DNA of 64,000 bases, from contig OZ252243.1 in the NCBI GenBank assembly GCA_965249555.1, forward strand, positions 1,152,001-1,216,000, read 5' to 3'. This DNA is from Nitrosopumilus sp. (GTDB lineage: Archaea; Thermoproteota; Nitrososphaeria; Nitrososphaerales; Nitrosopumilaceae). Of the stretch, positions 9,502 through 18,851 are shown piece after piece. Position 1 is the stretch's first letter; each line of letters begins with the position of its first letter. The notes below the pieces were generated by a model that had not been told where the DNA came from, did no database searches, and saw only the letters and a list, made by a program, of their open reading frames with translations. Made by a program: the position numbers and the translations under genes.

Positions 9502-10479
9502 GTGGATAAATGGGCTGACTATATTTCTAAGGTTAGTTATGATACTGACCATCTGATCTCTGTTGCCATACGCCATCAAGATACTGAGAAAGGAATTACT
9601 GTGGGAGAGCCTGTAGATCGTTTGACCATACATTCTGATATCATAAATGGATTATTTTACATTACAATTTACAGTGGAAAGGAGTCCTGGAAAAAGGGAC
9701 ATAAAATACAAACTTTCTCAATTGGTGGCAATCCATACATCCGAATTGATGAAAACAAAGTAAAATTAGATCATCTTGGTGATTTACCTGAAGGACCAGT
9801 TGTAAAATCTGAATCCATTAAAGAATTAGAATTTCAACCAGAACCAACACCAGAACCAACACCCGAACCCCCTTCAAGTCCTAGAGGTTCATTACCAAAA
9901 GGATTCACAAAAGAACTTGTTCAAGAACCAGAACCAACACCCGAACCCCCTTCAAGTCCTAGAGGTTTATTACCAAAAGGATTCACAAAAGAACTTGTTC
10001 AAGAACCAGAACCAACACCAAAACCAACACCAAAAGAGGAAGAAGCTACTCCTCAACAAATTGCACAATTAGATAATCTACAAAAACAAATAAATGAATT
10101 AGAAGATTTACTGTCTGCTCATATTTTATCAGAATCTCAACTAAAAGAGGAAGAAGCTACTCCTCAACAAATTGCACAATTAGATAATCTACAAAAACAA
10201 ATCAACAAATTAGAAAAAGAAATTAAAAAATCTAAATCTACTCATATAAAGCGTAAAATTGTCAAACCAATACGAAAACAAAATAAAAAACTTGGTGGTT
10301 CAACTACTAAAAAAAGTACTTTAAAATCTAATTCTTCACAAGCCTATTGCGCAAGGTGTAAAACAAAAAGAAAAATTAAGAATCCCAAAAAAACTATGAA
10401 AAATGGCAGAGCTGCTGTTAAGGGATTTTGTTCTGTTTGTAACTGCAAAGTTTTCCGAGTTGTAAAAATGAAAAAATAA
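9502..10479 (+). CDS. Multidomain protein: DUF3892-like N-terminus, Pro/Glu repeats, coiled coil, C-terminal DUF5679-like Zn ribbon
   Basis: WADY...YIRIDEN..DHLGDLPE; AYCARCK..MKNGR.AVKGFCSVC..KVFR; probable GTG start at 9502. Confidence 0.75.
   Translation: MDKWADYISKVSYDTDHLISVAIRHQDTEKGITVGEPVDRLTIHSDIINGLFYITIYSGKESWKKGHKIQTFSIGGNPYIRIDENKVKLDHLGDLPEGPVVKSESIKELEFQPEPTPEPTPEPPSSPRGSLPKGFTKELVQEPEPTPEPPSSPRGLLPKGFTKELVQEPEPTPKPTPKEEEATPQQIAQLDNLQKQINELEDLLSAHILSESQLKEEEATPQQIAQLDNLQKQINKLEKEIKKSKSTHIKRKIVKPIRKQNKKLGGSTTKKSTLKSNSSQAYCARCKTKRKIKNPKKTMKNGRAAVKGFCSVCNCKVFRVVKMKK
9850..10019 (+). repeat. 78-bp tandem repeat (two copies plus partial) within CDS
   Basis: Units start at 9850 and 9928, encoding PEPTPEPPSSPRG(S/L)LPKGFTKELVQE. 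Confidence 0.9.
10032..10202 (+). repeat. 60-bp direct repeat within CDS
   Basis: 10032-10091 matches 10143-10202, encoding KEEEATPQQIAQLDNLQKQI. Confidence 0.9.
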
Positions 10480-10511
10480 TGAAATTTTTCTTAATTTCTA
10501 ATTTTACAGAA

Positions 10512-10985
10512 TTACATCTGTCTTGATTGCCATGCCTGATTAAATTTTTTGATGGCTTCTTGATATGCCATAATTGAATCATCACCTGATGTTTTAAGAA
10601 ATTTTTCCCATTGTTCATTGAATTTCTTTATTGATTCAATATTGGTTTCTTTGAAAATACTTTCAATCATCTTTGTTTGTTGTTTGATATATTCAGGACC
10701 AATTTCTTCCCATGTTTTCTCCCAACTTGAAGTTACTTTTTTTAATAATTCTGAATCTGATTCTATCGCTTTTTGACATGCATCATTATATGTCATTAAA
10801 GTTTCGTTAGTAGCTTTTTGCCATTGTGCAAGAGATTCTTTCCAACCGCTTAATGCAGTATTGTATTCTGTCCAAGCTTTTTCAAATTCTGGTTTTTTTG
10901 TAGAAGGTTTTGTTTGTTTTTTTGGTTTAGTAGTTGTTTTTTTGACTGATTTCTTTTTTAGAGTACGTTTTTTCTTGATAGCCAT
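10512..10985 (-). CDS. Lys-rich N-terminus plus Trp-rich amphipathic domain (phasin-like candidate)
   Basis: MAIKKKRTLKKK tail; WTEYNTALSGWK resembles WQEYTKSLEGWK of ORF 7938. Confidence 0.65.
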   Translation of the reverse strand: MAIKKKRTLKKKSVKKTTTKPKKQTKPSTKKPEFEKAWTEYNTALSGWKESLAQWQKATNETLMTYNDACQKAIESDSELLKKVTSSWEKTWEEIGPEYIKQQTKMIESIFKETNIESIKKFNEQWEKFLKTSGDDSIMAYQEAIKKFNQAWQSRQM

Positions 10986-11055
10986 AAAATAGTTTGAAAA
11001 TAGTAGATGTTAAATCTTTCAATAATTTTCAAGTTTGAAAAAATCTAATAAATTT

Positions 11056-11214
11056 TTATTGAAATCCTGTTGCTTTGCTAAAATTTGGAAGATATTTTTT
11101 GTCCTTATTTTTGAATAATTTGTAGTGCTCCTTGCATAGATTTCTGGTTTCTTTAAAACTAATTTTTACTGTTTCTATTGATTTTAGCTTACATTCTGAA
11201 ATACTACATTGCAA
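11056..11214 (-). CDS. Small Cys/His protein (52 aa), below ORF-track cutoff
   Basis: TTG start: MQCSISECKLKSIETVKISFKETRNLCKEHYKLFKNKDKKYLPNFSKATGFQ. Confidence 0.6.
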   Translation of the reverse strand: MQCSISECKLKSIETVKISFKETRNLCKEHYKLFKNKDKKYLPNFSKATGFQ

Positions 11215-11305
11215 TATGACAAATAATCAATATTTGCTAATAAAACTTTGAAATTATGTTATTACCTTCTGCTAACTTTTTATCATTGCATAATATCGAA
11301 AAATT

Positions 11306-11512
11306 ATGAATGATGATGAAAAAGGGAAAAAATTTTTAGAATTAATTGATGATCAAAATAACCTTCAATGGAGTATTGTTGCAAAACTGTCTTCTCTAAT
11401 TAACTCAAAATGGAATTCAATTGGATTACAAAACGAGCTTACAGAATTAGTAGAAAAGCATTCTAAAATCACAAAAGAGCTTAACAGTCTTGATGATGAA
11501 GATACTCTATAA
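11306..11512 (+). CDS. Small hypothetical protein
   Basis: 68-aa helical ORF with ATG start, convergent on cyoE. Confidence 0.65.
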   Translation: MNDDEKGKKFLELIDDQNNLQWSIVAKLSSLINSKWNSIGLQNELTELVEKHSKITKELNSLDDEDTL

Positions 11513-12436
11513 TGCAGAGTCTACCATTAATGCAATAAACAATACTGCCAAATATGGACTAGAAAATTTGAACAAAGTCCATGCGGCTTTTTCCATTGGC
11601 TTTACTATAACCCATATTGATAATGCCATCATTAATGCACCTGATGCAATTGCAGTCCATAGATATACCTGGCCTACCATTTCTTCACCGCTTTCTGTTG
11701 TTATGAAGAATGGGGCAATTGAAAACAATACCATTACAACAGTTGAACCTGCAATCACTCTTGCTGATGTTTTTTCAGACTGTACTGCAGTTAACATTGG
11801 AACATTTACTTTGTTATAATCTTCTTTGAAATGTAATGTCAAAGCCCAAATATGCATTGGAATCCAAATAAACACCAATCCTGCCATTGCAAGACCCATC
11901 GTCCACAAATCTGACATAGTTACAGCTACCCATCCAATCAACGGAGGAGCACCGCCACATAAACCTCCTAAAATTATGTTTGTCCTTGATCTTCGTTTTA
12001 ATGCATACGAGTAAACAAGAATATTATTTACCAATGCAAATGCAATGAATGCAGTTGCCCACGCACCTTGTTCTAATGTTGTAGTGAATGAAATCCCAAA
12101 TGCTAAAACTAGTGATATTCCAGCTAATGCCAATCCAAAATTTCTTGCTTTTACTGCAGGATAGATTCTTTTTGATGGTAGAGGTCTTTCCTTTGTTCTC
12201 TCCATTATTGCATCAATATCTCTGTCGTGATAGTTTGTCAAAGTGTTAGCAGCTGCTGAACCTGCTGCAACTGAAAATAACATTAACAGCCATGTTGCTG
12301 GAGAAATTTCAATACCATAAATATTGGATGCAGTTAGTGCTGCCCCAAATGCAGTAAAAACTAGTAAATACCAGATCTTTGGCTTTGTTAATTCATAGTA
12401 TACGGCAACACGAGATTCTGACTTGATTTTTTGCAA
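11507..12436 (-). CDS. cyoE: Protoheme IX farnesyltransferase (heme O synthase)
   Basis: ELTKP, DRDIDAIMERTKERPLP, PPLIGW and DYNKVNVPML motifs. Confidence 0.95.
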   Translation of the reverse strand: MQKIKSESRVAVYYELTKPKIWYLLVFTAFGAALTASNIYGIEISPATWLLMLFSVAAGSAAANTLTNYHDRDIDAIMERTKERPLPSKRIYPAVKARNFGLALAGISLVLAFGISFTTTLEQGAWATAFIAFALVNNILVYSYALKRRSRTNIILGGLCGGAPPLIGWVAVTMSDLWTMGLAMAGLVFIWIPMHIWALTLHFKEDYNKVNVPMLTAVQSEKTSARVIAGSTVVMVLFSIAPFFITTESGEEMVGQVYLWTAIASGALMMALSIWVIVKPMEKAAWTLFKFSSPYLAVLFIALMVDSAL

Positions 12437-12438
12437 TG

Positions 12439-12906
12439 CTAGTCACTATCCTGTGTTGACATATATGGCATTGCCTTAGTTCGTGTTTTCATCTCAATAA
12501 ATGACTCTGAAGACTGAATTCCTTCAATTCTGCCAATTTTTTCAGAGACTATTTTATGCATTTGCTCTAATGATTTTGAATACATCGTTACCAGTATATC
12601 GAATCTACCCGTAACTTCTGCAATCTCTCTAACTCCATCAATCTTGAATAATTCCTCAATTATATGATCGCGCTTTTTTGAATCCATATTAATTCCAGTT
12701 AATGCCTTGACTTTGTAGCCAAGTTCAGCATCGTTGACAACAATTGTAAAACGTTCAATTAATTTTCTTTTAACTAATCTTTTGATTCTTGAATATATTA
12801 CCGAAGAGTTAACATTGATCTTTTTTGATAAACGTGGAACCGATATTGATGCGTCGTTAGCTAATTCTGATAAAATTTGTAAATCTAAATTATCTACTTT
12901 TACCAT
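12439..12906 (-). CDS. Lrp/AsnC family transcriptional regulator
   Basis: DNLDLQIL..RIKRL HTH and VTGRFD. Confidence 0.92.
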   Translation of the reverse strand: MVKVDNLDLQILSELANDASISVPRLSKKINVNSSVIYSRIKRLVKRKLIERFTIVVNDAELGYKVKALTGINMDSKKRDHIIEELFKIDGVREIAEVTGRFDILVTMYSKSLEQMHKIVSEKIGRIEGIQSSESFIEMKTRTKAMPYMSTQDSD

Positions 12907-12977
12907 TCAAAACACCTGAGTCGATCTAGATTTCTGGTTCTTATAAAGTTATTATTGTAAAAATTGCAAAAAATATC

Positions 12978-14078
12978 CTAAATCTTGCCTTTTTTGTATA
13001 GCATCTCTGCTAGTAAAACTGCACCTTTTGCTGAACCCATTTTCTTGTTGTGTGAAAACAATATGTATTTGAGTCCATTATCAAACAGTTCCTCTTTTTC
13101 AACTCTTCCAATTGTTGTAGTCATTCCATCTCCAACAGATCTTTCCATTCTTGGTTGAGGTCTTGTTGGATCTTCATGAAATGCATAATATTTTTCTGGA
13201 GCTGATGGTAACCCTTCAACTGAAATATTTTGATTGTAAGAGTTGTAGAGTTCTTTGGCTTTTGCAGGATCAATATCTTCTGAAGTTTCTACAAAGACAG
13301 ATTCAGTATGTCCATCAATTACAGGAACTCTAGTACATGTGCAACTAACTTTGATATCTGCATCCTCAATTTTACCGTCTACGAGTTTTCCTAAGATCTT
13401 TTTTGTCTCAATTCTGACTTTTCCTTCCTCTTTTGGAATGTATGGTATGATATTATCTGTGATTCCCATTGCTGATACTCCTGATCTTCCACCACCAGAG
13501 ATTGCCTGCATTGAAGTCATCAACACTTTTTTTACTCCATATTTTTCTAGTAATGGTTTTAGTGTAATTGCTAAACCAGTTGTGGTACAATTTGGCAGTG
13601 GTGCTACCCAACCTTTCCAATTGCGGTTTTTCTTTTGAATTTCAAGTAATTCGGCTTGTTCATCGTTTATTCCTGGAATGAGGATCGGAACATCTTCTTC
13701 ATACCTATATGCAGAACTAGTTGAAATTACTGGCAAGTCTGCTGCCATTTTAGTTTCAATGTCTTTTGCAGCTACTGATTCAACTGCTGAAAATACTAGA
13801 TCTAATTGTGATACGTCAAGATCATCAATTTTTTTGACAGTCATTGATTTGATATATTCGGGTATTTCTCCACCAACATCCCATGCAATAATCCCGTTTG
13901 CATCTTTGATTGCATCTAGGTATTTTTTACCTGCTGAACGTTCAGAAGCTGCAATTTGAGTCACTTGAAACCATGGATGATTGTTCAATGATTGCACAAA
14001 TTCCTGACCTACAGAACCTGTAACACCAATAATTGCTACTCTTTTCTTATCCATAATTTGATAATTGATCGCTTTCAA
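12978..14078 (-). CDS. asd: Aspartate-semialdehyde dehydrogenase (likely start at 14054)
   Basis: GVTGSVGQ, PNCTT, QAISGGG and CTRVPVIDGH motifs. Confidence 0.95.
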   Translation of the reverse strand: MKAINYQIMDKKRVAIIGVTGSVGQEFVQSLNNHPWFQVTQIAASERSAGKKYLDAIKDANGIIAWDVGGEIPEYIKSMTVKKIDDLDVSQLDLVFSAVESVAAKDIETKMAADLPVISTSSAYRYEEDVPILIPGINDEQAELLEIQKKNRNWKGWVAPLPNCTTTGLAITLKPLLEKYGVKKVLMTSMQAISGGGRSGVSAMGITDNIIPYIPKEEGKVRIETKKILGKLVDGKIEDADIKVSCTCTRVPVIDGHTESVFVETSEDIDPAKAKELYNSYNQNISVEGLPSAPEKYYAFHEDPTRPQPRMERSVGDGMTTTIGRVEKEELFDNGLKYILFSHNKKMGSAKGAVLLAEMLYKKGKI

Positions 14079-14137
14079 TTAATAATCGTTTTCTGAATTA
14101 CCAAAACATACTAAATCGCCTAATTCTATTTGGAACT

Positions 14138-15220
14138 GTGAGAATACGAACAAAATCATCCATCATTAGACATGTTCCAGTAATACATGGTGGACAAAAT
14201 TCCATCAAAAACCCTAATTCTCATATTATAGATTTTAGTTCCAATATTACCCCTATTGGAATTCCACTATCTGTAAAGACAAATCTCAAAAAAAATCTAA
14301 ACAATATTCAAAACTATCCTGATTTTCGTTCATCAACACTAATTTCAAGCCTAAAAAAATACACATGCTTACAGAAATCAAATTTATTAGTTGGAAATGG
14401 GGCAATTGAGATAATCTATAATTTCTGTTTTGCACTTTTATCAAACAAAACCAAAGTCTTGATACCTGTTCCAACATTTCAAGAATATGAAACAGCAGCA
14501 AAACTCAACAACTGTAAAATTTCATATTTTAAAACAATGAATTTATCTGAAAACATTGATTCATTTATTTCACAAATACCACTAAATGGATGTGTGTTTC
14601 TTTGTAATCCAAATAATCCTACTGGTCAACTTTTGTCAAAAAAACAATTGCTCTCAATAATTAAAACTGCAAAAAAATTATCTTCAATTGTATTTGTTGA
14701 TGAATGTTTTATTGAACTAGTTCCAAAGTCAAACGAATCTATTATATCCTATGTAAAAAAATATGATAATCTTTTTGTTTTACGTTCTTTGACAAAATCT
14801 TTTGGATTGCCTGGAATAAGAATTGGATATGCTGCTGCTTCTAAACAAATGATAGAAATTTTGCAAAAAATAAAAATTCCGTGGAGTGTAAACACTCTAG
14901 CACAAGATGCAGCAAATATTGCTCTTAAAAATAAATCTCATCTTACAAAATCAAAATTAGTCATTAAAAAAGAATTTAGATATTTAAAAAATGAAATTGC
15001 TAAATTAGATGGATTTGAATGTCATGATTCATCTACAAATTTTATTTTAATTAAAACAAAATATGATTCAACAAAACTACAACAAAAATTACTTAAACAC
15101 AAGATCTTGATTCGTGATTGTAAAAATTTTAGAGGATTAAATAATCATTATATTCGTATTGCTGTAAAGTCTCATAAAGATAATCTAAAACTAGTAAGAG
15201 CATTGGAGATAATTACATGA
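14138..15220 (+). CDS. cobD: L-threonine-O-3-phosphate decarboxylase (PLP class I/II)
   Basis: HGG, DFSSN, CNPNNPTG, SLTKSFGLPGIRIGY; first gene of the cobalamin cluster. Confidence 0.85.
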   Translation: MRIRTKSSIIRHVPVIHGGQNSIKNPNSHIIDFSSNITPIGIPLSVKTNLKKNLNNIQNYPDFRSSTLISSLKKYTCLQKSNLLVGNGAIEIIYNFCFALLSNKTKVLIPVPTFQEYETAAKLNNCKISYFKTMNLSENIDSFISQIPLNGCVFLCNPNNPTGQLLSKKQLLSIIKTAKKLSSIVFVDECFIELVPKSNESIISYVKKYDNLFVLRSLTKSFGLPGIRIGYAAASKQMIEILQKIKIPWSVNTLAQDAANIALKNKSHLTKSKLVIKKEFRYLKNEIAKLDGFECHDSSTNFILIKTKYDSTKLQQKLLKHKILIRDCKNFRGLNNHYIRIAVKSHKDNLKLVRALEIIT

Positions 15221-16056
15221 AATCTTTAATGATTCAAGGAACATCTTCTGGTGCTGGAAAGACAACATTAGTTGCAGCTCTATGTAGAATTTTTTCAGAC
15301 AAAGGTTTTCGCGTAGCGCCATACAAATCACAAAATATGTCAAATTTTGCATATATCACGCCTGACTTTGAAATTTCTCGTGCTCAAGCAATTCAAGCTA
15401 TTGGTGCTAGATGTGATATTACCTCTGACTTGAATCCAATCTTACTCAAACCATTAGGAAATTACTATAGCATGGTGTATCTAAATGGTAAACGCTACAA
15501 GAAAATGCATGCAAAAGACTATTATGAAAAATTTGTTAACTTTGAGGGAATTAAGATTGCATCTAGATCATTGAAAACTTTACAGAAAAATTTTGATTTA
15601 ATAATTTTAGAAGGTGCAGGTTCTCCTGCTGAAATTAATTTACAAAAATTTGATATTGCAAACATGAAGATGGCACAAAAGGCTAATGCGTCTGTATTAC
15701 TAATCACTGATATTGACAAAGGAGGATCATTTGCAAGTATTGTTGGAACAATGGCGCTAATTGAAAAAAAATATCAAAAATTAGTAAAAGGTTTTGTTTT
15801 TAACAAATTTAGAGGAGATATTGATGTATTAAAACCAGGATTTCAAAAACTCAAAAATATTACAAAGGTACCTGTATTGGGTACTATTCCAATGATGCCA
15901 TTGAACTTACCTGAGGAGGATTCGCTTAATGCAAAACCCAAAGATATTGCCTGGACTAAGAAAAATATTTCAAAAATTGACAATGAATTAAACAAGTTAG
16001 CAAAAACAGTAAAATCAAACATTGATATCAAATCAATTGAGAGGATGTTACAATGA
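15217..16056 (+). CDS. cobQ: Cobyric acid synthase, short form without the glutaminase domain
   Basis: IQGTSSGAGKT, KSQNMS, EGAGSPAEIN, NKFRGD, LPEEDS; only 279 aa. Confidence 0.9.
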   Translation: MKSLMIQGTSSGAGKTTLVAALCRIFSDKGFRVAPYKSQNMSNFAYITPDFEISRAQAIQAIGARCDITSDLNPILLKPLGNYYSMVYLNGKRYKKMHAKDYYEKFVNFEGIKIASRSLKTLQKNFDLIILEGAGSPAEINLQKFDIANMKMAQKANASVLLITDIDKGGSFASIVGTMALIEKKYQKLVKGFVFNKFRGDIDVLKPGFQKLKNITKVPVLGTIPMMPLNLPEEDSLNAKPKDIAWTKKNISKIDNELNKLAKTVKSNIDIKSIERMLQ

Positions 16057-17024
16057 TCCTAGAATCTATTCTTATTGTCTGTCTTGCAATATTCTTTGAT
16101 TTTACATTTGGAGATCCTAAAAATAGATATCATCCAACAGCTTGGATTGGAGGATTAATTGCAAAACTAACACCTATTGCACAAAATAAAAATCAGATTA
16201 TAGAAAAACTTGGAGGAATTCTTGTTGTTACAATTACTTCAAGTATTGTAATTTTATTGCTTTTAATGTCAAGTATTGGAATATCTTTGATTCCAATTGA
16301 TTTTGTTTCATTAATTGTATCTGTAATTGTTGGTGGATTGCTACTAAAAACCACCATTGCTATTCGTGGAATGCAAAAACATGCCAAAGCAGTATTGGAG
16401 TCACTTGATCAAGACAATCTCGAATTAGCTAGAACAAATCTATCCATGATTGTTAAGAGAAATACCAAGAATTTGGACAAAAATCACGTTATTTCAGGCG
16501 TACTTGAAAGTATCAGTGAAAATACTGTAGATGGAATTACCGGACCTCTGTTCTACTTTGCTCTTTTTGGCTTACCTGGAGCATTTGTGTATCGAGTAAT
16601 TAACACTGCAGATTCAATGATTGGATACAAAACTGATATTTTTAAAAATGTAGGATGGTTTGGAGCAACTTGTGACACAATTTTAAATTATATTCCATCT
16701 AGACTCACAGGATTAGTAATGATCATTTCAGCTGCCATCTTACAAAACAATTGGAAGGAATCATATAAGATAATGATTAGAGATGGTAGAAAAACTAAAA
16801 GTCCTAATGCAGGATATCCTATGGCTGCGCTTGCAGGTGCTCTTGAAACAAAGTTTGAAAAAATAAATCACTACAAGTTAGGTAATGGCGAAATTATTCT
16901 AACAAAAGAACATGTAAACTCTGCACTTACAATGATGAAACTTACTTCAATTCTTTTCTTTGGAATAGTAACCATTCCAATAATTACTGTTTTATCACTG
17001 GTCGGATGGTGGATTCATGCTTAA
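16053..17024 (+). CDS. cbiB: Adenosylcobinamide-phosphate synthase
   Basis: GDP..HP, ESISENTVDG, NTADSMIGY and SPNAGYP motifs. Confidence 0.93.
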   Translation: MILESILIVCLAIFFDFTFGDPKNRYHPTAWIGGLIAKLTPIAQNKNQIIEKLGGILVVTITSSIVILLLLMSSIGISLIPIDFVSLIVSVIVGGLLLKTTIAIRGMQKHAKAVLESLDQDNLELARTNLSMIVKRNTKNLDKNHVISGVLESISENTVDGITGPLFYFALFGLPGAFVYRVINTADSMIGYKTDIFKNVGWFGATCDTILNYIPSRLTGLVMIISAAILQNNWKESYKIMIRDGRKTKSPNAGYPMAALAGALETKFEKINHYKLGNGEIILTKEHVNSALTMMKLTSILFFGIVTIPIITVLSLVGWWIHA

Positions 17025-17742
17025 AGAAATTAGCTCTGTTTTTTCTTTTCTGACAATTTTTCCATCATCAAATGCAACCCTAGAAAATATTGCAAAATAC
17101 ATGTATCTTTTTCCTATTGTTGGAATTGCAATTGGATTTTTAGTTGGTTCTTTTGGTTTTGGATTATCTTTTGTTTTAGATCCTTTACTAGTTAGCTTGT
17201 TAGTAGTTGCATCTATTGCAATTGTTACTGGAATACATCATGCAGATGGTTTAGCTGATTTTGCTGATGGACTTATGGTAAAGGGAAGCAAAGATAAAAA
17301 GCTAAACGCAATGAAAGATCTTTCTACTGGTTCTGCAGGAGTTGTTGCAATTGTTTTGTATCTTATTGGTTTGATAATTACAGTTTCTCTCACAAGTGGA
17401 TTTGATTTGTTTAGAGCAATTCTGATAAGTGAAATTTTAGCAAAATTCTCAATGGTACTAATGGCAAGTTTGGGAAATTCAGCCTCACCAGGCTCAAATT
17501 CTCCTTTTGTAAAGATTATGAAAGATAAGAAAAAACTTGCAGCTGCATTCATCATCATGCTAATTCCAGTAATTGTTATTGGTGAAACTACTGGATTACT
17601 AATGCTTGGTGTAACTGTTACCCTAACTCTATTTCTTCTAGCGATATCTACTCGTAGTTTTGGTGGAATTACTGGTGATGTTCTTGGTGCTACTAACGAA
17701 CTTACAAGATTGGCTTCTCTAATGGTATTTGTATCGATATGA
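17017..17742 (+). CDS. cobS: Adenosylcobinamide-GDP ribazoletransferase
   Basis: TGIHHADGLADFADG and FGGITGDVLGA motifs. Confidence 0.95.
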   Translation: MLKEISSVFSFLTIFPSSNATLENIAKYMYLFPIVGIAIGFLVGSFGFGLSFVLDPLLVSLLVVASIAIVTGIHHADGLADFADGLMVKGSKDKKLNAMKDLSTGSAGVVAIVLYLIGLIITVSLTSGFDLFRAILISEILAKFSMVLMASLGNSASPGSNSPFVKIMKDKKKLAAAFIIMLIPVIVIGETTGLLMLGVTVTLTLFLLAISTRSFGGITGDVLGATNELTRLASLMVFVSI

Positions 17743-18323
17743 TTGGTCTTGTAATGGCAGGTGGTAAAGGCATTCGCATGAATCTAGGTGATGAAAAACT
17801 ATTACTCCAATACAAAAAACCTGTAATCCTCCATGTCATTGACTCGTTAAAAAATTCAAATTGTTTTTCAAAAATTTTAGCGATTACTAGTTCCAATTCT
17901 CCTAAAACAAAAAAGTTACTGCAAGAAAATAATGTTGAAACTTTTGATACTCCTGGAATTGGTTATGTAGAAGATCTAAATTTAGTACTTAAAACTATCA
18001 ATGATCTAGTTTTAGTTAGTTCTGGAGATTTACCATTATTAGATAAAGAAATCATCCAAAAAGTTGTAACTTACTATAATTCTCAAAATGTTTGGACTAG
18101 TATTCTTGTCACAAACAAATTCTTAACTACAATTGGAATTGAATCTGATTATTCTGTAAATTTTGATAATCAAAAATGCCATTATACTGGAATTTCTATA
18201 ATTAATTCAGAAAAAATTACTTCACTTGAAAATTTAGAAGAAAATTTTGTTATAATTAACGATAAAAGAGTTGCATTTAATCTAAATACAAAGCAAGACT
18301 ATGATTTACTCAGCACTACCTAA
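17739..18323 (+). CDS. cobY: GTP:adenosylcobinamide-phosphate guanylyltransferase
   Basis: MAGGKG.RM..EK, GYVEDL and NLNT motifs; cobalamin gene context. Confidence 0.85.
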   Translation: MIGLVMAGGKGIRMNLGDEKLLLQYKKPVILHVIDSLKNSNCFSKILAITSSNSPKTKKLLQENNVETFDTPGIGYVEDLNLVLKTINDLVLVSSGDLPLLDKEIIQKVVTYYNSQNVWTSILVTNKFLTTIGIESDYSVNFDNQKCHYTGISIINSEKITSLENLEENFVIINDKRVAFNLNTKQDYDLLSTT

Positions 18324-18503
18324 GATTTTACCATTTATCTTAGCTTTTGACCCTGTTGGTTCTGCAATGGTGTTACCACAAGAATTGCATGCAATTACTG
18401 TCGATGCATGAGAATAAATTATTTGAAGTTCACCACACTCATCGCAGTTAACTTTTTGAAATTTGCTAGATGGTTTTGGGATTTCAATATGATCTTTTTT
18501 CAT
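18306..18503 (-). CDS. rps27e: 30S ribosomal protein S27e
   Basis: PSSKFQKVNCDEC..CNSCG..PTG.KA. Confidence 0.95.
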   Translation of the reverse strand: MKKDHIEIPKPSSKFQKVNCDECGELQIIYSHASTVIACNSCGNTIAEPTGSKAKINGKILGSAE

Positions 18504-18781
18504 GCTGCCACCAACTCAAACTTTTTAATTCTAATGCCTGGTTTATTGTATTTCTTTTTACACACAGTACATGTCATAATAGGAGTAACTTTTTTTGTAA
18601 CTTTGGCTGGTTTTGCTAGTTTTGGGAACTTTTGTCCACCGTATCCATGTTTACGTTCTGCATGTCGGCGTTCGCCTCTAGCTGAACCACGTCTTTTACC
18701 AGCCTTGTAAATGGAGACCTTTTGTTCAGTATGTGTTTTACATTTTGGACAATACTTTCTGATCACCTTGGGCATGTTCAT
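18500..18781 (-). CDS. rpl44e: 50S ribosomal protein L44e
   Basis: YCPKCKTHT and GYGGQKFP. Confidence 0.97.
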   Translation of the reverse strand: MNMPKVIRKYCPKCKTHTEQKVSIYKAGKRRGSARGERRHAERKHGYGGQKFPKLAKPAKVTKKVTPIMTCTVCKKKYNKPGIRIKKFELVAA

Positions 18782-18851
18782 ATCAACAAAACCTCTCCAA
18801 CCGTAATTTAAGCATTGAATCTATAATAGATGCAAAATCCAATTAATAACC

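Noticed and set aside
9850-10202. Repeats as a possible CRISPR array
   Set aside because: In-frame coding duplications without unique spacers; no cas genes or CRISPR array seen in the window
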